Source: a virus | Lineage: Duplodnaviria > Caudoviricetes | IMG/VR virus record: IMGVR_UViG_3300002515_000003 | Span: 96,001-160,000 of that record | Reading direction: 5' to 3' (one strand) | Length of the DNA stretch: 64,000 nt | Shown: piece after piece, positions 54,209 through 64,000 of the stretch | Layout of the letters: each line of letters opens with the position of its first letter | How positions within the stretch are numbered: the first letter of the stretch is position 1 | Position numbers and translations under genes: made by a program | Notes under the pieces: generated by a model | Database searches by the model: none | Told to the model about the DNA's origin: nothing | What the model saw: only the letters and a program-made list of their open reading frames with translations

Positions 54209-54976
54209 TTATTTTAAACTACCCATTATACTATTGACTCTATCTGTATCTCTAATAAGTCTTTCAGCATTCTTCTTATAGAAATCACTTCTAGCTCTTA
54301 ACTCAGCAATTCCAACCCCAACCATATAATCAAATGTATCTTCTTCACAACACCTTGATATTCCTTTTCCTACAATATAGTCGTTGCTAAATGTACATAT
54401 AACTTTATTTCCTTTTCTTCTGTATGTAATATCATAATTCATTTCTTTGCTGTTATCTAAATTCAATTGTATTTTATCCTTGCTTATGTATTGTTCACCT
54501 GTTATCACTTCAGTTCTTTTTACTTTATAAGTAGCAATTTTTTCATCAATTTGATTAATTTTATCAATATCTTCTTGTTTGATTTGTGCTTCTATCTCTT
54601 TAGTTTGTAATTGTAACTCCTCTAATTGTTCTTTTAAACTTAATGGTTTCATAATAGTAGCTCCTTCGGTTTTATATTTATTTTCTTCTTTATCAAAAAC
54701 TACTTTTATAAAATTTATAATCTCTTTGTTCTTTAATTCCTTATATGATTTTATTTTTCTAACCTCGAAATGTTCAATATCATATTGAGTTGTTCCCCAT
54801 ATACCCATAATATTACCGTTTTTAGTACATACTATAGATATAGAATCATTAATATATTCAATTGTATCACCTGTGTATAATGGTTTCCCATCTATATCAA
54901 ATAAAGGGGTTAACATACCTATGTAATCATATTCCTCATTTTTGTCTATTAATTTAGCTTTAATTTCATTTTTCAT
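54209..54976 (-). CDS. Hypothetical protein
   Basis: 255-aa ORF with RBS. Confidence 0.7.
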   Translation of the reverse strand: MKNEIKAKLIDKNEEYDYIGMLTPLFDIDGKPLYTGDTIEYINDSISIVCTKNGNIMGIWGTTQYDIEHFEVRKIKSYKELKNKEIINFIKVVFDKEENKYKTEGATIMKPLSLKEQLEELQLQTKEIEAQIKQEDIDKINQIDEKIATYKVKRTEVITGEQYISKDKIQLNLDNSKEMNYDITYRRKGNKVICTFSNDYIVGKGISRCCEEDTFDYMVGVGIAELRARSDFYKKNAERLIRDTDRVNSIMGSLK

Positions 54977-55713
54977 ATCAATATTGTCTCCTTTTTATGT
55001 ACTGTTAATTTATTTTATCTAAATACCTTCTTGTATTTTTGATAATTTTATTTAGCTCATCTCTTTCTGAATAAGTTATTCCTGCATTTGTTCTAATATT
55101 TTTTAAACAATCTAGTAGATTTTCTAGATATGTATTTGTTACTGTAATTTTATTCAAAGATTCTCTCTCCTTTTGCTTTTGAATTATCAATTAACAATTA
55201 TAAAAAAATCTTTATTTCTACAATATACACCTTCGCCAGTATTAACCTCATAAACAGTATCATATTCAAATATAACATCATAAATATCACCTTCAATAAG
55301 ATTAAAACCAGTAAATAAAGCCTTAACTTTCATATTCAACACTCTCCTTTATATCATTTTAATAACTGAATAGAAGTTCAATTTGATTCAGTTTATTTTA
55401 TTTAATCTTCCTCTTTTTCAAACTCATCTACAATGTCAAACACTCTCCCACATATAGGACATTTGCAATCATAAATTGATACATAATTTTCATTTGTTTC
55501 ATATTCTTCTTTAGGTTCAAATACTTTAAATATATTACGTGTTTTACAATAAGGACATGCCTCAGATGTTGTCATACTCCCACCAAAATAATTATTTGGA
55601 GTAGGATTATTTATTGAGTATATAGTATGAATCTTTTGATAAAACTCTTCTTTAATCGGTGTTATAGTAATCATTATTTATCTCTCCTTTATGTAATTAT
55701 TTCTTATTCTTTT

Positions 55714-55742
55714 ATTATAGTTTATTTACTTTTGATTGTCAA
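55714..55742 (-). promoter_or_regulatory. Consensus sigmaA promoter
   Basis: TTGACA-17-TATAAT. Confidence 0.7.
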
Positions 55743-55775
55743 CACATTTTATATTATTATATTGTTATATTGTTA

Positions 55776-56360
55776 TTATTTAAGTTTAATTTTTAAGCAA
55801 ACTTTATTCTGTCTTTCTTCCTCTGTGGTCATTGGTATCTCTTCTTTTATTCTACTTTCCATAGCATTCTTAAATATACTACATCCACCTTTTAATCCTA
55901 TCTTATTACCCTTCTTACATTTGTTACAATATGTATTTATAAAACTATCATAGTCTTCTTTATCGTTGAATATTCCCATGCTAGGAGATACAGACAATAT
56001 AATCTCTAGTCGAGGGTTAAGACTATCTATAAAAACTCTTTGAGTTCTAGCCCAACAATAAGTGTCATCTGTCCACACTATGTTAGATTCGGTCAAACAA
56101 TCTTGTGTTAATTTTTTTAGATTATCGCTATCTCTGCCGACTTTATTCATATATACAACTTCATCTAGATATAGAAACTGATTCTCTACTTTTGTCCATT
56201 GTTGCTCTTCTACTGCAATTTGAATAACTTTTATCATTTTCTTTTTATAATCCTTACCTTCTTTTTTAAGATATGTACTACCAAACTTATTCCTTCCATA
56301 GATAAAATTAATAGACTTGGGTAAATCTAATGTTAATTTAAGTGTCTTATTCATTGCCAT
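55776..56360 (-). CDS. rusA: RusA-like Holliday junction resolvase
   Basis: LPKSIN, RDSDNLKK..QDCL, WTDD, NPRLEI. Confidence 0.87.
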   Translation of the reverse strand: MAMNKTLKLTLDLPKSINFIYGRNKFGSTYLKKEGKDYKKKMIKVIQIAVEEQQWTKVENQFLYLDEVVYMNKVGRDSDNLKKLTQDCLTESNIVWTDDTYCWARTQRVFIDSLNPRLEIILSVSPSMGIFNDKEDYDSFINTYCNKCKKGNKIGLKGGCSIFKNAMESRIKEEIPMTTEEERQNKVCLKIKLK

Positions 56361-57136
56361 CTACTTCCTGCATTATTCCCAATTGGTTTACTCAATTGGT
56401 TTATATCAAATCCATACTTATAGTATCTACCCATAAAAGTCTTATATTTTATATTAAAGTATCTTGACCATTCAGCTAAACTTAAAGTTTTATTATCATA
56501 TGTAAACATTACGAATGATTTGTTTTCTTTACCAAATAGAAACACTAAATCTATTTCTTCATTATTGTTTTGCATTTTTATGTATCTTCCATAAACAGTA
56601 TGATAATTTATTTTCTTGTTTTCACACCATTCTTTTAAAGTTTTTGTTTCTGTTCCAATTGTTATATTTATATTTGTGGTTCTATTATTGCCTTGTACTT
56701 TCATAGTTACCCATCTACAGTTGTTTGGCTCATAATTACCTTCTACATTCATCCTATCAATAGTTAATACGTCAGTATATCCATTGTTTATTGACCAATT
56801 ATAGAAACTTGTAAAACTATGTAACCATTCATCACAGATTTTAATACCCTTGTCTCCATAGTATTTATATTCTTCTTTGTTTTTATTATAGCAACGAGTT
56901 TTCATATTTACCCATGTTTCATATAATCTACTTCCCGTCATTCCATGTTTCTCTCCACTTAGGCAACCACACGATTTTATAATACTATGCTTTAAGCAAT
57001 AACTTCGCACAATTGTAGTATTACCACAGTCACACAAACATTCCCATTGAGTTCTACCATCACTAGTATTAGCTACTCTTTTAATAGCTGTTAATAAATT
57101 AAATTTTCGATTTGTAAAATCTTCAATCTTACTCGT
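56351..57136 (-). CDS. Homing-endonuclease-like protein, probable ACG start at 57136
   Basis: WECLCDCGN, SCGC, TWVNMKTRC, TIDR..GNYEPNNCRW; frame extends to ACG 9 nt after GGAG with no ATG. Confidence 0.75.
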   Translation of the reverse strand, partial: TSKIEDFTNRKFNLLTAIKRVANTSDGRTQWECLCDCGNTTIVRSYCLKHSIIKSCGCLSGEKHGMTGSRLYETWVNMKTRCYNKNKEEYKYYGDKGIKICDEWLHSFTSFYNWSINNGYTDVLTIDRMNVEGNYEPNNCRWVTMKVQGNNRTTNINITIGTETKTLKEWCENKKINYHTVYGRYIKMQNNNEEIDLVFLFGKENKSFVMFTYDNKTLSLAEWSRYFNIKYKTFMGRYYKYGFDINQLSKPIGNNAGSRWQ

Positions 57137-57213
57137 ATCTTTCAGCTCCCTTTTATTGTATCATACATCTAATTTAATTACAACACTTTATATTATTATA
57201 TTTTTAATTAATT

Positions 57214-60200
57214 TTATAATCCAAATATATCTTTACTTATTTTTCTTCCTTCTTTCATTCCATCTCTATAAGCTTTATCCACACATTCATTATGATTTTC
57301 AATAATATAATTAATAAATTCTTTATCAAGATTATCCACTATTCCAATTACTTTCAATAATTCATTATCATATAAAACCCTGTGCATATCATTATTAATA
57401 TTTATTATTTTCTGACTCCAACCCATATTAATCTTCCTCTTCAATATCAAAATAATATCTTTCAAAAGGTAAAACTTCATATATTTTATGTTCAGATAAT
57501 TGTCTACTTAAATCTTGAAAATCAATTTCAGATACACATATATTTTCATCCTCAACATACTTTTGATTTATATTTGCCATTATATTAACTAATTCCTTAT
57601 GTGAGTAATTCTCAATTGTAGAAAATATATGTGTAGTATAATACTTGTAATAAGCATCGTCTTGTAAATGTGTTTCTACTTTAACTTCAATTAATTGTAT
57701 TCCATTCATACTAATCCTCCCTCACAAACCATCTACCCTTAGTAGTAATCTCTTGTAAATCTTTATCACATATACAACCTAATATAGCAAACAGTGTCGA
57801 AATACTGATATATTTACCTTGTTGTAGAGCTTTTAGTCCCTCTGTTATAAATCCATTAAAAGGAACAAAATAATCATCTAAATATTCATGTTCAACTTTT
57901 ATTTCTTTTCCACTTGTAATAGCTGTTATAAAAGCAACTGATTTATCTTCAAGTTTGATAAACTTCTTTAGTAAGAAACTCGGTGTATTGTCTTTAACTT
58001 CTTCCCATATATTATTATGTATAAATTTTAATTTACCACATATTAATGCATATTCTAGCTTCTGAGTTTTAACATCTATAAAATGGCATTTTGTGTCTTT
58101 CATTTCTTGAGTTGCCTCTACTAAATTATATTCTTTTGGTTTTTCTATATCATCAAACCATTCGTAGACATTAATTTTATACTTTTCAGTTTCTATTAAT
58201 TTAACGCTATGACTTATACCACCAGAATTTAATACATTTAATGAAATTCCATTCACTGTGCATACGCCAGAATAATTTTCTTTATCAGTTTGAGTCCAAC
58301 AATCACCTACACAATCCACATAAACTTTTTTACCTTCTATATCCTTTAAATTATTTATAGTTAATAAGTTACCTCTCATAATAATTATCTCCCCTTTAAA
58401 TTTTTTATATTAATTATTCTTCTGTCCTATCATAGTGTTGCCATTTCATTAATTGATTTGTAAATATTAATACTTTATCTCTTAATATATCTATGAGTTC
58501 TTCTTCAGTTTCTACACTTTCATCGTTTTCAGTATTATAAATACTTGTTCCTGCAAATGAAATATTATCAACATAACATCCATAATTATAATCAAAATAG
58601 AATAAAGCATTTGATGTTTCTTCACATATTTCATTATTCAATATATCAACGACATTTATATAATTTTGCGATTTCATAATTAATCTCTTTTAATATTTGT
58701 TAATAGTTTTCTCTTTTCTATTTATATCGTCAATTAAATATTGCAATTCTTGTATAACTGCATCATATTTTTCAGGGTCTCCATCGTCATACCATCCTCT
58801 CTCCATTATTTGATTTTTCTTGTTCTGTTCGATTCTTAAATATAAATATTTTTTCAATTCTTCAATGTTTATAGATTTATTAATCTTCAATTTGCTATCA
58901 CTCCTTTTTATATTTTTATACTTTCGAATAAAACACAAACTTTATTGACTTATTATGTTAACAATAAAACGTTATTTTTCTCTATTAGAATAACAATTTC
59001 TATCTTTTAATAGACAATATTTATTTTTATAAAGAAAACTACATTTGGTTGGTAATTGATTGCATTTTGTGAATTTACACTTTATAGCAGTACAGAAATT
59101 GACAATCGGATTTCTTATAAATATATACCATAAATTACTAACTGATGGACATTCTTTTTCACAATGACTATAACAATATTCAAAATCATTGTGATGTTTG
59201 CAAAATACAAAATTGAATTTTTGATTCATAATTTGACAATCCTCCTTAAATTTATTGTGCTACCATATTTTTGCAGTAACCTATTAACTACTTTCTAAAT
59301 TTGATTGCCATTTTCTTTTTTCTGAAAAACTCTCACAATGTCCATTTCTTATTTCTATTTCTGTCACAACACAACCACTCTCACCATTGTTATAATCGCA
59401 ACCACATGAATTACAAATTATGGCATGGTCTGTCTTTTCTAATATTTCATTTTTAGATTTTACAAACTCTAATGCTAGTTTATAGGTGTCTAGCTCATCT
59501 AGCAGATATTTAAACTCAAGTTCTTTTAAACATTGATTGTATGCTTCTATTTGCCCTGTTCTTGCATTTGAAGTAGCAGTTATTCCACTATCTATTATTG
59601 TTAAAGTAACTATAAAAAAACGATTGTTATATTCATCATATTTGCTTTTAGTTTCAATTTTAATGGTTTCTGGTTTTATTAAGTCGCTTTTATTTTTCTC
59701 CATATCATTCTCCTTTTATATTTATATTATTATATTTGTCTCATTTCGATTACACTTGCCATTGGAATTATTTCTAATGATCCATTATCTTTTCTCAAGA
59801 AAAATCTACCTGTGAATGGATTATCATAATTTATTAATGTTCCTACAACAGTTTCTATGTATTTACCATTTGCAGTAGATTCTTTATAACTTCCACCTTT
59901 GAAATAATTAATTGTATATTTCTTTTCACAACCTAATAAGAAATCTTCTTCTATTTCTTCATTTAACATCTTATTTATATTATCTCTTACATTCATTAGT
60001 TCATCTTTATTAAATTTCATTTGTGATTGTTTATATTCTCCTATATCTCTACCTCTGCCATCTTGCCTTAAAGAAATTATAAAACTCCTATCACCAACTC
60101 CTCTAAGACTATTTATTTTATATTCTGCTAAAAACAAAGTTACTTTTCCAATATTAAATTTGCCATTATGAATATTGTATTGTGTTAATCCTTTATATTC

Positions 60201-62025
60201 CTTGCTAAAATTAACTCTTGGTTTGCCATTATCACCTATTTTATAATTCGTTTCCACATGTATCGTTCTCCTTTATATTTATATTATTATATTTTATCTT
60301 CAATAGACAACACGTTGCCTTTTAATGGACATTTACCATTATAACTTTCAACAATTTCATTCACAAAAATAGGTTCTTCTTTAATAGTGCAAAAGGATGA
60401 TTTTCTGGTTATATTAATTACTCCACTTAATTTATCTGTACTTTGAATATCTTCGTAAAACATATTTTCTCTCCTGAATGGACATGATGAACAGCTTTCT
60501 ACTTTATATTGTAATTTAATTTTATATTCATACATTTATGCAACCTCCTTTATTTATATTATTTTATTATTAAACACACCATCCACAGATAATTTCTCCA
60601 CATGCAGGACAAGTACAAGCGTAACATGCATCTGAATATTCTTTAAATTGTATATTATTATCTGGAATATTTTCTTTTACTTTATGCCATGTTTCGCAAG
60701 CAATATCACAATTCCAATCTGCATTAGGATAATCTTTATTTATTTTCCCTACTTCTTTATCACAGTATTTACACATATATTATTCCTCCTCTAATTGTTT
60801 AACTAATTCAATTAATTCATTTTCTACATATTCAGTTGTTCTGATTTCTCCACCTGTGTAAAATCTTCTTTCCATATCAACCATTGTGTTATAAGTTTTT
60901 TCATCACTTAATTCTCTTATAAGTTCTAAATCTTTTCCATCATTGTAATGACCACAATCAAATCCAATCCAACTTCTTTCATCTTGTACTGGATATCCCG
61001 TATCATCACCTGCATATGTAAGTCCACCATGTACTTCTACATCTATCTCGTCATAACCTTTATCTTCGTCTTTATGTCCTTTTGGTAATCCTACATATCC
61101 ACATCTATGTCCCATTGATAACCCTAAGATTACACATCTGTAATCACCTATTATAAAATCCTTTTCTACTTTAAAATCACTCATTAATAATTCCTCCTAA
61201 ACTTTATTTTTTTATTTATTTGTTAATTCCATTATAATCCACAGTTTAATTATTGTCAACATATATTTTATATTATTATGATATTAATCTAAATATCTAT
61301 AAATTCAGTATTTCAATTAGTTATGACAAACTATTTTTGAAATGCATAGTTAATCTATCTCTTTAAAACTAATAACTGAACTTCCGTATACACAATTAGT
61401 TTTAATGTCTTGAAACAACTTATTTACTCGTCTGCATACAATTTTAACCTCATTTCCACCGACAATAACTTCATATAACTTTTCATTTTTATACACTTTA
61501 ATCCCACCTTATTTATTTCACAATATTTTTGAAAATTCAGTTATAGTTTCTTTGAAATGTGAATCAATCTTTATAAACAACTTGATTAAAAGATAACTTT
61601 CCATGTCTATATACTTCATATTCGTACAAATCACTATCTAATTTTATGTTTTTAACTTGTATTAAATTTAATATCAAAAGTATCTTTCCTTTTAATTTAA
61701 AAGTTCCCCATATTTCTTTAGGAATCTTACTTTTATAGAACATATAAAACCCTCCTTAAATGGTATGTCGGCATCGATTTAAAACCTTAAACATCTATAT
61801 CCATCCATTAATTTTTAATTTGTTTTTATGAACTCTATATTTACCTTTGTTACTAACTATTATATCTACTGCACATAATCCACCTTTACTAATAAATTCT
61901 TTACCCATCCAATCTAAGAAAGTTAATAACTCTCGTTCTTCTTTTGGAAACTCTTTGACAGATATAGTTAATATTTCATCTTTAAATCCTAATATTTTTG
62001 CTTCTGATTTAATCATTTTTAACAT
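57214..62025 (-). other. Cluster of small hypothetical ORFs
   Basis: Co-oriented ORFs of 68-222 aa, several Cys-rich; promoter TTGACA-17-TATAAT at 61259-61231. Confidence 0.7.
60780..61184 (-). CDS. Conserved phage protein of unknown function
   Basis: GHRCGYV..VHGGLTY..WIGFDCGH motif set. Confidence 0.75.
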   Translation of the reverse strand: MSDFKVEKDFIIGDYRCVILGLSMGHRCGYVGLPKGHKDEDKGYDEIDVEVHGGLTYAGDDTGYPVQDERSWIGFDCGHYNDGKDLELIRELSDEKTYNTMVDMERRFYTGGEIRTTEYVENELIELVKQLEEE

Positions 62026-62055
62026 CTCCTTGTAAACTTATTTTTCTATTTTATA

Positions 62056-62940
62056 TTATTGTATTAACGCTACATTTAATAATTTTTCTATGTATATATT
62101 TAATTTTTTCTTCTTATCTTCAGTACCTAAACAACTCAAGGGGTTTCCTTTAATATCTTTACTCCATAGTTCAAAATGAAAGTTTCCTCCTGTACTATTT
62201 TTTATTCTTTTAATTAAATATGGTAATATTATTTTAAATTCTTCATATTGTTTATAGTCTTCATTAATCCACTTATGTATTTTATCTAATTTTTCTTGTA
62301 TAAAAAATATTTGTTTTGAATACCATACTTCCATATTATCTTTATGCTTAGAAGTATTGCATATTCTACAACTTGGAACGCAATTACTTAAATTTCCTTC
62401 CCCTTCACAATTTACATGCTCCTTGTGTAACTGTTGATTATATTTTATCTTATGGTCTTTCTCGTCTATTCCACAATATGCACAACTGTTACCAAAATAT
62501 TGTTTGCAATCAATCCATTCTTGTTTGCTTATGTCATGCTTTTTATTAGAATATTCTTCATTGCTTAGTTTTAATTTTTCAGGATTATTCTTTTGCCAAT
62601 TACTTAGTCTTTGTTTATATATTTCTTTATTTCTAATGTGCTCAAGCATATGCCAGTTCTTTAAATATTCTTTATGCTCACTTCTATACACCTTACTATT
62701 TTCATTGTTTTTTCCAGGATTAGCTTTATTCCATTTCTGGAATTTATCAATACTACATTGTTTACAATATGGATGTAGTCCATCGGAATGATTAGATTTA
62801 TTCTTATAAAAATATTCTTCTGTACATGGAAACCACTCTTCACATATATTGCATTGTTTTAATAATATACCATTATCGTCTATTTTATGCTTTAGATTAT
62901 AAAGGTATATTTGCCTTTCTTCTTTTTTTAATATTTTCAC
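62056..62940 (-). CDS. HNH homing endonuclease, same architecture as 3225-4058
   Basis: CNIC..CKQC; CAYC..HKEHV..NCVPSCRICNTSK. Confidence 0.87.
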   Translation of the reverse strand: MKILKKEERQIYLYNLKHKIDDNGILLKQCNICEEWFPCTEEYFYKNKSNHSDGLHPYCKQCSIDKFQKWNKANPGKNNENSKVYRSEHKEYLKNWHMLEHIRNKEIYKQRLSNWQKNNPEKLKLSNEEYSNKKHDISKQEWIDCKQYFGNSCAYCGIDEKDHKIKYNQQLHKEHVNCEGEGNLSNCVPSCRICNTSKHKDNMEVWYSKQIFFIQEKLDKIHKWINEDYKQYEEFKIILPYLIKRIKNSTGGNFHFELWSKDIKGNPLSCLGTEDKKKKLNIYIEKLLNVALIQ

Positions 62941-63274
62941 CTCTACTATTATATATTATTTTAGTTGTATATTTCTGATTCAAATGAACTTTTTATTGTG
63001 TCAAAATATTTTTGAAATGTTCGATTACTACCCTTTTACTTCCTCAACACTTTCTACTTCAACTCTACAACGACTTCTTAATCTTGCATATATATCATTG
63101 CATTCAGATTGTGCGATTTCTTTTGCTTCTTCAATATCTCTTGCACTATATACTCCACCAACATCAGAAACATTTATTGTTATTTTATAATCTTTCATCT
63201 TTAATAATTCCACCTTTCTTATTTCACACTTTCTCAAAGTTCAACAATCACTTTAAAACGAACCTTTTAACTAG

Positions 63275-63470
63275 TCATAATAATTCTAATTTTTGTAGTG
63301 ATTCTTGCAGTCCATTTCTACAAGAGTCAATTAAAAAGTCTATAGTAGATTCTCCTAAAATAGTAGACTTTTCTTTGTTTTTTTTTAGCCTCTAATTCAT
63401 TCAACTCTTCTTTATAGTATTTAATCATGTTTACAACATTAATTACTTTATTTGCCTTAGCCATATCCAT
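63275..63470 (-). pseudogene. Small ORF apparently frameshifted at an A9 run
   Basis: MDMAKANK..EA then A9 (63378-63386); with A8 the frame runs on to ..QKLELL*. Confidence 0.5.
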
Positions 63471-63520
63471 ACTAATATCCCCCCTCCCAACTTTCGCAAT
63501 AAAACAATTCTTTTAACAAC

Positions 63521-63964
63521 CTATAATTTTATTCTTACATTTTTTAATATTAGATTATTATTAGAATTATAATTGGTTATACTTGCACATATATTTATCC
63601 ATGTGCCTTCTTTCACTAAATTTATTTTACTTTTTAAAGACTTCGTATACCATAAATATCTTTGTCCTTTTGCATCATCAAATCTAATAATATTTTCCCC
63701 AGTACGTTCTTGTATCTGAAAAATTTTCTTAACATACAAATCTATTCTCATAGTATCATCCTTCATAATAATTTTCATTTCAGATGAACTATTTTTAGCA
63801 AGTATACTTGCCCTTCTTCCCCCTATTATCTCACATTTTTCACTACAATATTTATCATCATTCGAAATTACATTAAATATTGTCCCACATATAATACATT
63901 TTCTTTCCTTTGACATAATACCAACTTGTTGCTTTAAATACCAATCCTTTTGACATGCTCTCAT
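63521..63964 (-). CDS. Hypothetical protein with Zn-ribbon-like motif
   Basis: CIIC..YCSEKC. Confidence 0.6.
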   Translation of the reverse strand: MRACQKDWYLKQQVGIMSKERKCIICGTIFNVISNDDKYCSEKCEIIGGRRASILAKNSSSEMKIIMKDDTMRIDLYVKKIFQIQERTGENIIRFDDAKGQRYLWYTKSLKSKINLVKEGTWINICASITNYNSNNNLILKNVRIKL

Positions 63965-64000
63965 TTTTTCACGTTTTTCATCCGAAGAAACTTTGTAAGA

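Noticed and set aside
5181-63395. Plus-strand ORFs in the track opposite minus-strand genes (e.g. 9975-10412, 33513-33983, 42616-43050)
   Set aside because: Antisense shadows of real genes; no RBS and F/L/S/I-biased composition

Overview
A very AT-rich 64-kb segment of a large temperate phage or prophage from a Clostridium-like Firmicute, with SPbeta-like gene order. Bases 1-4816 (+ strand) hold the end of a tail-like gene, an O-acyltransferase moron, a tyrosine recombinase, an HNH gene and an XhlA/holin-like gene. After a convergent terminator at ~5020-5062 essentially everything is on the minus strand: thyX, a radical SAM fused to a degenerate DNA methyltransferase, a single-chain GyrB-GyrA topoisomerase, NAD-dependent ligase, dUTPase, NrdG-NrdD-glutaredoxin, a DpdA-like transglycosylase with QueT, a second tyrosine recombinase, a replication block (RecD2, DnaE, nuclease, primase, helicase, ATPase, SSB-like), RusA, several homing endonucleases and dozens of small hypothetical ORFs. 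No CRISPR array, tRNA, rRNA or IS was seen. The most notable unexplained structure is non-coding: (i) about 11 intergenic 6-N6-6 palindromes, three within a longer conserved element, which start right after one tyrosine recombinase and bracket single genes or modules, including dpdA-queT; (ii) two paralogous promoter/stem-loop/terminator sRNA units; (iii) a strand-oriented AATAATATAAAA motif at roughly 30 gene boundaries and promoters; (iv) a hairpin occluding the radical SAM RBS. All assignments come from motif recognition by eye; no database searches were run.
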